Below are positions 1 to 8,200 of a stretch of DNA of 55,190 nt, one piece after another. A program made the position numbers and the translations under genes. Each line of letters opens with the position of its first letter. Within the stretch, counting starts at the first letter, position 1. Source of the stretch: Gemmatimonadaceae bacterium (GTDB lineage Bacteria > Gemmatimonadota > Gemmatimonadetes > Gemmatimonadales > Gemmatimonadaceae); assembly GCA_046706905.1 (NCBI GenBank), contig JBJKPA010000043.1, positions 1-55,190 on the forward strand, in the 5' to 3' direction. The notes beneath the pieces are model-generated. The model did not search any database and was not told the DNA's origin. It saw nothing but the letters and a program-made list of their open reading frames with translations.

Positions 1-434
1 TCGGGCGACAGATACAGAAGCTGGTCGTACCGCTCCCGCTCCTGCAGCAGCCGCTGCGACCGGTTGAGCCGGCACAGGTGCCGCACGCGCGCCCTGAGCT
101 CCAGCGTGTCGAACGGCTTGGCGATGAAGTCGTCGGCCCCCGCCTCCAACCCCTTGAGCCGCGACGCGTGATCCCCCATCCCCGACACGATCACGATCGG
201 CACGTCGCGCAGCACCGGATGGCTGCGCAGGTCGGCGCACACCTCGAACCCCGACGCCCCCGGCATCTTGACGTCGAGCAGCACGACGTCGGGCCGCAGG
301 CTCGCCGCCAACTCCACCACCACGTCCCCGCGGGACGCGTAGATGATGTGATAGCCTTCGGGCGCCAGTGCGGCCCCGATCGCGGTCTGGCTCTCGGGAT
401 CGTCGTCGGCGATGAGAATGGTGTGCTGGCTCAT
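1..434 (-). CDS. Response regulator, receiver domain (5' part only; output domain lies beyond the window edge)
   Basis: Absent from the ORF track because it runs off the window. Minus-strand ATG at 434-432 overlaps the stop of the upstream gene (ATGA). Hand translation MSQHTILIADDDPES...VVLLDVKMPGASGFEV...GADDFIAKPF is a CheY-like receiver with the phospho-acceptor Asp context. Confidence 0.8.
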   Translation of the reverse strand, partial: MSQHTILIADDDPESQTAIGAALAPEGYHIIYASRGDVVVELAASLRPDVVLLDVKMPGASGFEVCADLRSHPVLRDVPIVIVSGMGDHASRLKGLEAGADDFIAKPFDTLELRARVRHLCRLNRSQRLLQERERYDQLLYLSP

Positions 435-1867
435 GGCGCCCCGGACCGCGGTGGCTGGCCCGGGCCCTTGGGCCCGTTGAGCTTCTTGCGCAGCGTGCGC
501 GGATGGATGCCGAGGAGCCGCGCGGCATGCGTGCGGTTGCCCCCCGTGGCCGCCAGCGCGCGGTCGATCATCTCCCACTCGAGCCGGGTCAGGTCGTAGG
601 GCGACGCGGCCGAAGAGACCGCCGCGTTTCCGGTCGGCGGCGTCTTGGCGATCGCCATCATGCCCTTGGGCGGCGTGCGCTCGTGCTCGAGGTCGAAGTG
701 CTCGGGGCCGATCACCGTGCCCTGCGACAGCACCACCGCGCGCTCCACGGCGTGCTTGAGCTGCCGCACGTTCCCCGGCCAGGGCGCGCTGGTGAGCAGT
801 CCCTCCGCTTCCGGCGACAACCGGCGCGGCGGCTGCCCCTGCTCCATGGTCGCCTGCACCAGGAAATAGTTACTGAGTGCGACTATATCTTCGCGCCGCT
901 CGCGCAGCGGGGGCACCCGCAGCGGCAGCACGTGCAGCCGGTAGTACAGGTCCTCGCGGAAGGTTCCCGCGGCCACGGCTTCCTGCAGGTCGCGGTTGCT
1001 GGTGGCGATGATCCGCACGTCCACGCGGATGGTCTCGCTCCCGCCCAGGCGTTCGAAGCTGCGCTCCTGCAGCACGCGGAGCAGCTTGGCCTGGAGGTCG
1101 AGCCTGAGTTCGGAGATCTCGTCCAGCAACAGCGACCCCCGGTGCGCCCGGGCGAACGCTCCCTCCACCCGCCGCAACGCACCGGTGAAGGCGCCCCGCT
1201 CGTGCCCGAACAGCGTGCTCTCGATGAGCCCTTCGGGGAGGGCGGCGCAGTTCACCTGGATGAAGGGGCGCTGGTGGCGCTCCGACAGGTCGTGGATGGC
1301 GCGCGCCACCAGCTCCTTCCCGGTGCCCGACTCTCCCTCGATGAGCACCGTGGCGCTCGACTCCGCCGCCCGGTGCACGTGGGCCACGAGCCGGCGCATG
1401 GACGGGGCGCCGCCGATGAGCAGGTGGGCCGGCGCGTCGAAGGTTTCGTCGTCGCGCGACCGGCGCACGTCGTGCTCGAGCCGAGCCTGCTCGAGGGCCC
1501 GGGCGACCGTACCGCGCATGACGTGGGGGTCCACCGGTTTCTCCAGGAACTCGGTGACCCCGGCGCGCACCGCGTTCACGGCGGTCTCGATCGTGCCGTG
1601 TCCGGTGACGAGGATGAACGGGGTTCGGCTCCCTTCCTTCTGGAGCAGGGCGAAGAAGTCCATGCCCGTGAGGTCGGGCATGCGGTAGTCGGCGACGATC
1701 GCGTCCACGCGGCGGTGGCGGATGACGTCGAGGGCGGCGGGGACGTCGGCTGCCGTCACGATGTCGGCAGGCAGCGTTTGCAGCAACGCCATCATCGCAT
1801 CGCGGATGGCGCTGTCGTCGTCCACGACGAGTACGGTCGCCGGTGGGCGGGTCTGGTGCAGAATCAT
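431..1867 (-). CDS. Sigma-54-dependent response regulator (NtrC-family bacterial enhancer-binding protein)
   Basis: From ORF 431..1957. Receiver domain (VLVVDDD, IVADYRMPDLTG), AAA+ domain with Walker A GESGTGKE and the GAFTGA loop (ERGAFTGA), C-terminal Fis-type HTH (NRTHAARLLGIHPRTLRKKL). Start moved to ATG 1867 because the 1957 start would overlap the sigma-54 promoter at 1942-1956. Confidence 0.9.
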   Translation of the reverse strand: MILHQTRPPATVLVVDDDSAIRDAMMALLQTLPADIVTAADVPAALDVIRHRRVDAIVADYRMPDLTGMDFFALLQKEGSRTPFILVTGHGTIETAVNAVRAGVTEFLEKPVDPHVMRGTVARALEQARLEHDVRRSRDDETFDAPAHLLIGGAPSMRRLVAHVHRAAESSATVLIEGESGTGKELVARAIHDLSERHQRPFIQVNCAALPEGLIESTLFGHERGAFTGALRRVEGAFARAHRGSLLLDEISELRLDLQAKLLRVLQERSFERLGGSETIRVDVRIIATSNRDLQEAVAAGTFREDLYYRLHVLPLRVPPLRERREDIVALSNYFLVQATMEQGQPPRRLSPEAEGLLTSAPWPGNVRQLKHAVERAVVLSQGTVIGPEHFDLEHERTPPKGMMAIAKTPPTGNAAVSSAASPYDLTRLEWEMIDRALAATGGNRTHAARLLGIHPRTLRKKLNGPKGPGQPPRSGAP

Positions 1868-1941
1868 ACGTACGCGGTCGGGGGATCGATCGCGTCCGTG
1901 CCGGCTGCGTCGCGTCGGCCCAGGACTGCCCGCTAAAGCGG

Positions 1942-1956
1942 GCAAGTCATGTGCCA
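1942..1956 (-). promoter_or_regulatory. Sigma-54 (-24/-12) promoter upstream of the NtrC-type gene
   Basis: Minus strand reads TGGCACATGACTTGC, which fits TGGCAC-N5-TTGC with correct GG/GC spacing. It lies about 75 nt upstream of ATG 1867. Confidence 0.65.
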
Positions 1957-2276
1957 CATATCACCGACTTTGTGGTCCCCGGAACACCGTCCGGTCATCT
2001 CTGCGGTAGGGCCTCTGGCCCACTGTCCAGGGTCGGAGCAGGGTATGGCAAGCCGCCCGAACTTCTGCGGCGGCCCGCGGGCCCGCCGCATACACCGTGG
2101 GACAATTTGCCGGAAGCGCTCATTCGCGCCGTTGCCGTCGTTCGGCCATCCCGTCCGGTGCTGTTCCGTTCGTAGTCACCCGCCGTTATGCGCGTTTTCG
2201 CAATGCGCAAGACGACAGCGCATTCCGCCGCACTTTGCGAGTGCGGTGGCGCCGTTTCGATTGCCGTCCTACCGTC

Positions 2277-3476
2277 CTACCATCTCCCCACCCACTCGGC
2301 GAGCATCTCCTCTCCCAGCGGTCTCACGATGTAGTTCCCTTGCGCGACCATGCAGCCGGCGCTCTTCAGGTATTCCCAGTCCGCCCGCTGGCGCACGCCC
2401 TCTGCGACGACCGTCATCTGGTGGTGTGCGGCGAGCGTGACCGCGGCGTCCACCACGGCCTGCTTGGTGGGCGTGGTTGCGCATCCCTGCACGATCTCGC
2501 GCGCGAGTTTCACTTCGGTCATCGGCAGGTGCGCCAGGTGCTGGAAGCCGAACTCGCTTCCGCCGAACTGGTCGATGGACACCCCGAAACGCTTGAGTCG
2601 GAGCCGAGCCGCCACGTCGAGGATGAGCGTGGGATCGGCGGCCAGCTCCGGCTCGCTCACTTCCACGCGCAGCGATTCGTGCGGCAGGTCCAGCCCATCG
2701 GCCAGGCGGGTGATCCGCTCGGGGAATTCGAGGATCTCCATCGCCGCCCCGGGGACGTTCACCGCCACCGGCTCCGGGCGGCCGCCGTCGCGCCACCGCG
2801 CGGCGAACATCGTGGTCTCTTCCACGATCAGGTTCGTCACGCGGACCAGAAGATCGTTCGACTCCCGCACCGTGGGCATGAACGAGTGCGCGGTGAGGAG
2901 TCCGCGCGTGGGGTGCCGCCAGCGGAGCAGCGCCTCGACGCCGTACAGCTTGCCCGACTCCATGTGGAGCTGCGGCTGGTAGAAGAAGGTGAATTCCCGG
3001 TCGTTGAGCCCGCGATTGACCTCGCGGACCGAGGGAGGGCGAGGGGTTACGCCGGAGGCCTCGCGGAGCCCGGGCTCGCGCATGCGCTGCAGCACCTGCT
3101 CCAGCTTCTCGCGGGTGAGCGGCTTGGCGACGCTGCCGATGAAGTGCAGCCCGTGCGCCTCGGCCAGGAACCCGGCGCCGGCCATGACCTGTTCCTCCTC
3201 GACGCTGAGCACCACCACGGCGCCCTGCGCGCCCAGGTAGGAGAGCGCGCGGATCGTTTCGATGCCGTCCAGCTTCGGCATCTGGAGATCGCAGAGGATG
3301 AGCTCGAACTGGTTGGACGGATTGGTGAGCAGGTCGATGGCTTCGCGGCCGTTTCCCGCTTCGGCGACCTCGGTGATCCCGGCGTTGCGGAGGATCATGC
3401 GGTTCTGCGCGCGCACTTCCTCGAAGTCGTCGATCACCAGGACGCGCAGCGACGGTCGAGTGGGCGTGGACAACAT
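2277..3476 (-). CDS. Response regulator with EAL (c-di-GMP phosphodiesterase-type) output domain
   Basis: From ORF 2277..3560. Receiver (LRVLVIDDFEE, LILCDLQMPKLDG) followed by an EAL domain (FFYQPQ, VEALLRW, EVSEPEL, IDQFGG, VVAEGV, AQGNY). Start uncertain: in-frame ATGs at 3536, 3512 and 3476. The 3560 start lies upstream of the predicted transcription start. Confidence 0.85.
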   Translation of the reverse strand: MLSTPTRPSLRVLVIDDFEEVRAQNRMILRNAGITEVAEAGNGREAIDLLTNPSNQFELILCDLQMPKLDGIETIRALSYLGAQGAVVVLSVEEEQVMAGAGFLAEAHGLHFIGSVAKPLTREKLEQVLQRMREPGLREASGVTPRPPSVREVNRGLNDREFTFFYQPQLHMESGKLYGVEALLRWRHPTRGLLTAHSFMPTVRESNDLLVRVTNLIVEETTMFAARWRDGGRPEPVAVNVPGAAMEILEFPERITRLADGLDLPHESLRVEVSEPELAADPTLILDVAARLRLKRFGVSIDQFGGSEFGFQHLAHLPMTEVKLAREIVQGCATTPTKQAVVDAAVTLAAHHQMTVVAEGVRQRADWEYLKSAGCMVAQGNYIVRPLGEEMLAEWVGRW

Positions 3477-3564
3477 CGTGCCATCCGTTCGTGGGATGGT
3501 GGGTCGTGCCATCGGCACGGGGCAGCGGACCGGCATCGGTCCGGCGCCTCGACGAGCCAACAGG

Positions 3565-3579
3565 GCAAACGGTGTGCCA
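3565..3579 (-). promoter_or_regulatory. Sigma-54 (-24/-12) promoter upstream of the REC-EAL gene
   Basis: Minus strand reads TTGGCACACCGTTTGCC, which fits YTGGCAC-N5-TTGC with exact GG/GC spacing. It lies about 30-90 nt upstream of the candidate start codons. Confidence 0.65.
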
Positions 3580-3759
3580 ATTGTTGCGCGGTGAGCGGCG
3601 GGCCGGGGTCGCCAGGGCAGATCGCCCTAGCGATAGGGCCATCGTGGCCCAGACCTAGGGCCCAACGGCCCCAGAGCTCGGCCCTGGCGTTAGCGATCGG
3701 GTCCTCGCCGCCGATTTTTGGTGTCTGTGGTACGGGGGCCGAGGTGTAGGGATTGAGGG

Positions 3760-4074
3760 ATGCCGAAACGTGTCGAAATCCTGGCCCTGCGGCGCGAGGT
3801 GGCGCGTGAGATTGTCCGTTCGCTGGGGCCGAACAGCGCGTATGTCATTGCCCCGGCATTCGGGATTTCGCAGCCCCGGATGTCTGAGCTGGAGCGCGGG
3901 GAAGTCGGCCGGTGCAGCCTGGAGTGGCTGGTCGAGCGGGTGTATCGGCTCGGCGGGAGCGTGACGGTCACGGTGGAACTGGGCGACGCCGGGCGAGCGT
4001 GGAGCCTCGCGCGGGGTCGCGCGGCGTCCTCGGCGCGGGTGGTCTCGCGCGCTTTCATTCCAAATTTGGAATGA
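3760..4074 (+). CDS. Small XRE-family helix-turn-helix protein (antitoxin-like, no partner toxin seen)
   Basis: 104-aa ORF. The motif GISQPRMSELERGEVGRCSLEWLVERVYRLGGSVTVTV resembles the HTH plus C-terminal strand pattern of HigA/XRE-type small regulators. Confidence 0.55.
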   Translation: MPKRVEILALRREVAREIVRSLGPNSAYVIAPAFGISQPRMSELERGEVGRCSLEWLVERVYRLGGSVTVTVELGDAGRAWSLARGRAASSARVVSRAFIPNLE

Positions 4075-4125
4075 GCCCCGCCGAGGCGACTCCATGGCTC
4101 CCGCAGCCCCCGTCGCTGCGGCGCT

Positions 4126-4163
4126 GGGGCGCCGGGGCGCCGGGGCGCCGGGCGCCGGGCGCC
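4126..4163. repeat. GC-only tandem repeat: (GGGGCGCC)x3 then (GGGCGCC)x2
   Basis: Read directly: GGGGCGCC at 4126, 4134 and 4142; GGGCGCC at 4150 and 4157. It abuts the stop codon (4164-4166) of the phosphatase gene, between convergent genes. Each unit contains the palindrome GGCGCC. Confidence 0.9.
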
Positions 4164-4748
4164 TCAGGGCTTCATCATCGCCGAGGCGCAGTCCTTCCCC
4201 GCCACGGTCGGTTGCCCGTACCGCGCCGTGATCGCCGTCGCCTTGCCGCCCCAGGCAATGTTCACGATCGTGAGCCGGTCGTACTCCGACTCGCACATCG
4301 CCGCCGGCTTGGGCGCGCCCAGCGCGGCGACGATTGCCGGCACCATGTTTGAATGGTCCACCACGAGGATCGTCCCACCGGCGTGCAGCATCACCGCCTC
4401 CGCCACCTTGGCGGCGTGATCGGCCACGGACCCCGTGGCCGTCACGACCTCGGGCGTGAGGTGGAATTCGTCCGCCGTGGGCTGCGCCGTTTCCCTGGTG
4501 CGCCGGTACTGCGTCGTGATCACCGCGGTGACCCCTGCGTCTTTGAGCGCCGCCGCCAGCGCTTCGGCGCGCCGTTTCCCTGCCGCCGTCAACGCCGGAT
4601 CGCCCGCCGGTTCATTGGCCTTCTCTGCGTGTCGCACGACGATGACCGTGGTCGCAACTGGTGCCTGCGCCGTTGCGGTCTTCGACACGCCACCGAGTCC
4701 GGCAAGCGCGCCGAGGACCATCGCCGTAAGGAAGTTGCGTCGTTTCAT
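4164..4748 (-). CDS. Histidine phosphatase family protein (phosphoglycerate-mutase-like) with Tat-like signal peptide
   Basis: From ORF 4164..4910, start moved to ATG 4748 (MKRRNFLTAMVLGALAGLGGVSKTATAQA). Catalytic RHAE motif in VIVVRHAEKANE. Confidence 0.75.
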   Translation of the reverse strand: MKRRNFLTAMVLGALAGLGGVSKTATAQAPVATTVIVVRHAEKANEPAGDPALTAAGKRRAEALAAALKDAGVTAVITTQYRRTRETAQPTADEFHLTPEVVTATGSVADHAAKVAEAVMLHAGGTILVVDHSNMVPAIVAALGAPKPAAMCESEYDRLTIVNIAWGGKATAITARYGQPTVAGKDCASAMMKP

Positions 4749-4759
4749 GCGGAGTACTC

Positions 4760-6049
4760 CTAGATCCCCTTCTTGATCGCATCCAGCATCCGATCGGTGA
4801 AATAGTCTATCTCGTCCAGCGACGAATACACATTCGGCGTCACCCGCAGTCCCGCGAACTCCGGCGTCACCATCGGCGTCGTCACGATGTGATGATGCTG
4901 GTGCAGCCACCCGCCCAGTTTGCCCATGTCGAGCCCGTCAATCCCGACCACTCCGATCGCCCCGCCGCGGCCTGGCTCCATCGGGGTGAACATGTGCACG
5001 CGGTCCGACTCGGCCAGCAGCCGCTTGGCCCACCGGTTCCGCAGGAACAGGAACCGCTCGTACTTCCGCTCGGCGCCGATGCTGCGATGGAACGCCAACG
5101 CCACCGAGATCGCGTTGTGCGGCGCCGCGGGGTGCGTTCCGATCTCCTCGTACTTGCGGATGTTGCCGTCCTCGGTGGGTCCCGCCGAGTACATGCTCCA
5201 GATGTGCGGGATCTTGTCCTTGCGCACGTAGAGGAAGCCCGTGCCGATCGGTGCCAGGCACCACTTGTGGAGGCTGGTGCCGTAGTAGTCGCATCCCAGG
5301 TCCTCGTGCTTGAACGGGAAGTGCGCGAAGGCGTGCGCGCCGTCCACCAGGACCTCGACGTTGTGCTTGCGCGCCATGTCCACGATCTTGCGCACCGGGA
5401 AGAAGAATCCGGTCTGCCAGCTCGTGTGCATCACCTCGAGCATCCTGGTGCGCGGCGTGATGGCCGCCTCGTAGGCCGCGACCACCTCGTCGTCGCTGGG
5501 CGGGGGCGTGGGCAGCTTGATCTGCTTGAACACGATCTTGTCGCGGCGGGTGCGCTGCAGCCACCCGTTCACCATGCGCGGGTAGTTCTGCGTGGTGGAG
5601 ACGATCTCATCGCCTTCCTTCAGGTCGAGTCCGAAGATCACGTTGAGGTTGGACTCGCTGGCGTTGCGCGTGACCGCCATCTCCTCGCGGTCGCATCCGA
5701 ACTCGGCGGCGAGGTCGGTGCGCACGCTCTCGATGCGCGGCTCGAGCACCTGCCACATGTGCTCCACCGGCAGCTCGTTGCTGAACCGGATGTCGCGGAT
5801 CATCTGCTCCAGCACGTGGGTGGGGGCCGGGCTGCATCCGCCGTTGTTGAGGTTGATCACCGTGTCGTCGAGGTCGAACGACCGGCGGATCTCGCCCCAA
5901 TAGTCCTCGTCGGAGGCGATGGTGGAGGCGGGCCGCTTGCCGGCAATGGCGACGGCGTTCTCCAGGTGCCGGAAGGCGAGGGAGTTCATGACGGGCAGCG
6001 CGATGCCCGCATGGAGGAGGCTGGTCACGAAGTGGCGGCGGTCGGGCAT
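4760..6049 (-). CDS. Class V aminotransferase-fold PLP-dependent enzyme with Tat-like signal
   Basis: From ORF 4760..6109. N-terminus MPDRRHFVTSLLHAGIALPV (twin-arginine-like). PLP-lysine context SLHKWCLAPIGTGFLYV. Start at 6049 is preferred over 6109, which would place the GTGAGTCG repeat inside the coding region. Confidence 0.8.
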   Translation of the reverse strand: MPDRRHFVTSLLHAGIALPVMNSLAFRHLENAVAIAGKRPASTIASDEDYWGEIRRSFDLDDTVINLNNGGCSPAPTHVLEQMIRDIRFSNELPVEHMWQVLEPRIESVRTDLAAEFGCDREEMAVTRNASESNLNVIFGLDLKEGDEIVSTTQNYPRMVNGWLQRTRRDKIVFKQIKLPTPPPSDDEVVAAYEAAITPRTRMLEVMHTSWQTGFFFPVRKIVDMARKHNVEVLVDGAHAFAHFPFKHEDLGCDYYGTSLHKWCLAPIGTGFLYVRKDKIPHIWSMYSAGPTEDGNIRKYEEIGTHPAAPHNAISVALAFHRSIGAERKYERFLFLRNRWAKRLLAESDRVHMFTPMEPGRGGAIGVVGIDGLDMGKLGGWLHQHHHIVTTPMVTPEFAGLRVTPNVYSSLDEIDYFTDRMLDAIKKGI

Positions 6050-6067
6050 GGGAGGGGACGTGGGAGG

Positions 6068-6099
6068 TGAGTCGGTATGTCCGTGAGTCGGTGAGTCGG
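6068..6099. repeat. Short array of the GTGAGTCG octamer (4 units, one degenerate)
   Basis: GTGAGTCG at 6068, GTATGTCC at 6076, GTGAGTCG at 6084 and 6092. It lies 19-50 nt upstream of minus-strand ATG 6049. Confidence 0.85.
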
Positions 6100-6252
6100 G
6101 CACTACCATAAGGCGCCGGGGCGTGGGGCGAAAGAAAAGACTGCAGGGCCTGGGCGGGCGCCGGCTGTCACAAACGGCGGCCCCCGCCGACTTCCTTGGT
6201 GACGCCCTCCCTCAGTGCCCCTGCCCCGTTCTCGCCGCCTGCCGAGGTTGCC

Positions 6253-6765
6253 ATGCTCCGCCCTGCCGGACCCGCCCCCGCCAGTTCTCCACGCCGAATC
6301 GCCGGCGTGCTGGCGCTCCTCCTGTTGCCGGCGCTCGCCGGCAGCTGCTCCTCCCCACTGTCCGCCGACGGCGGAACCGTGGTCGAAGTGTGGCAGATCA
6401 CGAGCTTCAACGGCAACGTCGCCCAGGTTCAGATCGTGGTGTCGAACGGCAGCGGCGTGATCAGCAGCGACGGGCCACCCGACTGGCAGGAGAACAGCTG
6501 GAGCTGCATCGATCCCCTGGTCATCCAGGGAAACGCCAGCGACGGCGCCGGGAACGCCACCTTCGATTTCTCCTTCGACACCAAGGGCAACTGCAGCCAG
6601 CTCTACGCGGCCCAGGGCCAGACGCTCACCAGCGACGTCAATTCTCCGTCGCTCGCCAGCGCCACGCAGGCCACGGGCACACTGTACGCCAGCTATCAGG
6701 ACCGGCACACGCCGAGCTACTCGCAGGCCGGCAACTATCAATGGAGCGCGGTGCGGATCCAGTGA
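6253..6765 (+). CDS. Hypothetical lipoprotein
   Basis: From ORF 6196..6765, start moved to ATG 6253. Signal peptide with lipobox LLLLPALAGSC. Ser/Gly/Asn-rich mature part with no recognisable domain. Confidence 0.6.
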   Translation: MLRPAGPAPASSPRRIAGVLALLLLPALAGSCSSPLSADGGTVVEVWQITSFNGNVAQVQIVVSNGSGVISSDGPPDWQENSWSCIDPLVIQGNASDGAGNATFDFSFDTKGNCSQLYAAQGQTLTSDVNSPSLASATQATGTLYASYQDRHTPSYSQAGNYQWSAVRIQ

Positions 6766-6856
6766 TCCGGTCCATTGCCTTGCGTCGGCCTCCGGCGCGA
6801 TGAATAGTTGACATCGCGCCGCTGCCCCGCTCCCCTCCTGCACGCGGTCCCGTGGT

Positions 6857-7486
6857 ATGGCCTCAGCCACCTCGCCGGAATCCGGCCCCGTTCTGGACGA
6901 ACAGGAGCTGCTCCTGCTCGCCAAGGGCGTGCGCCTCATCGCGATGCGCGCCCTGGGCGACGCCGAGGCCGCGGGCGAAGTCGTGCAGGAAACCATTGCC
7001 CGCACCGTGCAGGCGCTGGCCGAGGGCCGCGTGCGCGATCACGGCGCCCTCGGCGGATTCGTGCGGGCGGTCGCGCGCCATGTCGTGACCGATGAGCTCC
7101 GGCGCTACAGCCGCGTCGTGCCGCTCTCCACGGCCATTCATCCGGAGGCCGACGGCCTGGCGGCGGCCGACGATCGCAACCCGCTCGATGCGCTCGTCCG
7201 TGACGAGGAAGCGGCCGCCGTCCGGGCCGCCCTTGGCACGCTCTCGCCGCGTGACCGGCGCGTGATTCGCCTCTCCTTCGTGGACGGACTCACACCAGCC
7301 GCCGTCGCCGAGCGCTTGCGCGAGCCCCGGGCCCGCGTGCGCAAGCGCAAGTCGCGCGCCCTGGAACGGCTGCGCGAGGCGCTGCTCGCGGCGCGGTCCG
7401 GTCACGAATCCGCGTCCCGACCGACCTCTGTTGTGAAACCCGATTCCGCCGCGAGCGGCGGCCGCATTGCAATCCATGACCGCTGA
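6857..7486 (+). CDS. ECF-type RNA polymerase sigma factor (sigma-70 family, group 4)
   Basis: Region 2-like EVVQETIARTV...FVRAVARHVVTDELRR and region 4 LSPRDRRVIRLSFVDGLTPAAVAERLREPRARVRKRKSRALERLR. Confidence 0.85.
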   Translation: MASATSPESGPVLDEQELLLLAKGVRLIAMRALGDAEAAGEVVQETIARTVQALAEGRVRDHGALGGFVRAVARHVVTDELRRYSRVVPLSTAIHPEADGLAAADDRNPLDALVRDEEAAAVRAALGTLSPRDRRVIRLSFVDGLTPAAVAERLREPRARVRKRKSRALERLREALLAARSGHESASRPTSVVKPDSAASGGRIAIHDR

Positions 7487-8186
7487 GCTGACCTGCGCCC
7501 AGGCCGAAGCGCTGGGATTTCCCGAGCGCTACGCCGCCGGAACGCTCGACGACGATTCCGTCGAACGCTTCGAGGCGCACTTCGTGCTGTGCGCGCGCTG
7601 TCAGGACGCGGTCGCGCTCGCATCGACCGTGCGGCGCGCCACCGCGGTGCGGGCGCCGCGCCGGTCCCGCGTCGGCTACTGGAGCATCGGGGCGCTCGCC
7701 GCCGCGGCAGGGCTGGTCGCGATCGCCACGCTGCGCGCCGGGCCCGATGCCGTGCGATCGCTGGGCCGTCTGGACGCGGCGCCTGCGTACGGCGGTGTGC
7801 TCGTGCGCGGTCCCGTGAGTCCCGACGATTCGCTGTTTGCCTCGGCCATGGCCGACTATTCGGCCGGCCGCTACGACGCGGCCGCCGCCCGGCTCCGCAC
7901 GCTCGCGGCGACCAATGACGAGCCGCCGGTGAACTTCTTCCTTGGTGTCTCCCTGCTCATGCTCCGGCAGCCATCGCCGGCCGCCGCCGCATTGAGCCGC
8001 GTGATCGATGCCGGCGACAACCCGTATGTCGCGGACGCGCGGTACTATCGTGCGTTGGCGTTTCTCCAGGGCGATCTGCCGGACAGCGCCGAGCTCGCGC
8101 TACGCACCGCTTCCCGCCAGGGCGGCCCCACCGGCGACCGGGCGCGCACCCTCCTGGCCCGGCTGGAGGCGCGACGCTCGCCGTAG
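7476..8186 (+). CDS. Anti-sigma factor, zinc-binding (ZAS) type, single-pass membrane protein with TPR-like outer domain
   Basis: H-x3-C-x2-C motif (HFVLCARC) near the N-terminus, a TM segment (VGYWSIGALAAAAGLVAIATL), and a TPR-like C-terminal part. ATG 7476 overlaps the sigma gene end by 11 nt; the track start at 7467 is TTG. Confidence 0.75.
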   Translation: MTAELTCAQAEALGFPERYAAGTLDDDSVERFEAHFVLCARCQDAVALASTVRRATAVRAPRRSRVGYWSIGALAAAAGLVAIATLRAGPDAVRSLGRLDAAPAYGGVLVRGPVSPDDSLFASAMADYSAGRYDAAAARLRTLAATNDEPPVNFFLGVSLLMLRQPSPAAAALSRVIDAGDNPYVADARYYRALAFLQGDLPDSAELALRTASRQGGPTGDRARTLLARLEARRSP

Positions 8187-8200
8187 CCGTTGCCGTCGCG

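Noticed and set aside
503-3749. Long plus-strand ORFs 503..1936 and 2097..3749, and the off-frame minus ORF 2269..3642
   Set aside because: They are antisense or off-frame to the NtrC-type and REC-EAL genes, and they have Arg/His/Gly-rich compositions without domains.
3560-3759. Search for a toxin partner of the XRE-type small HTH protein
   Set aside because: No credible small ORF with toxin-like sequence lies upstream or downstream on either strand. The protein is treated as an orphan regulator.
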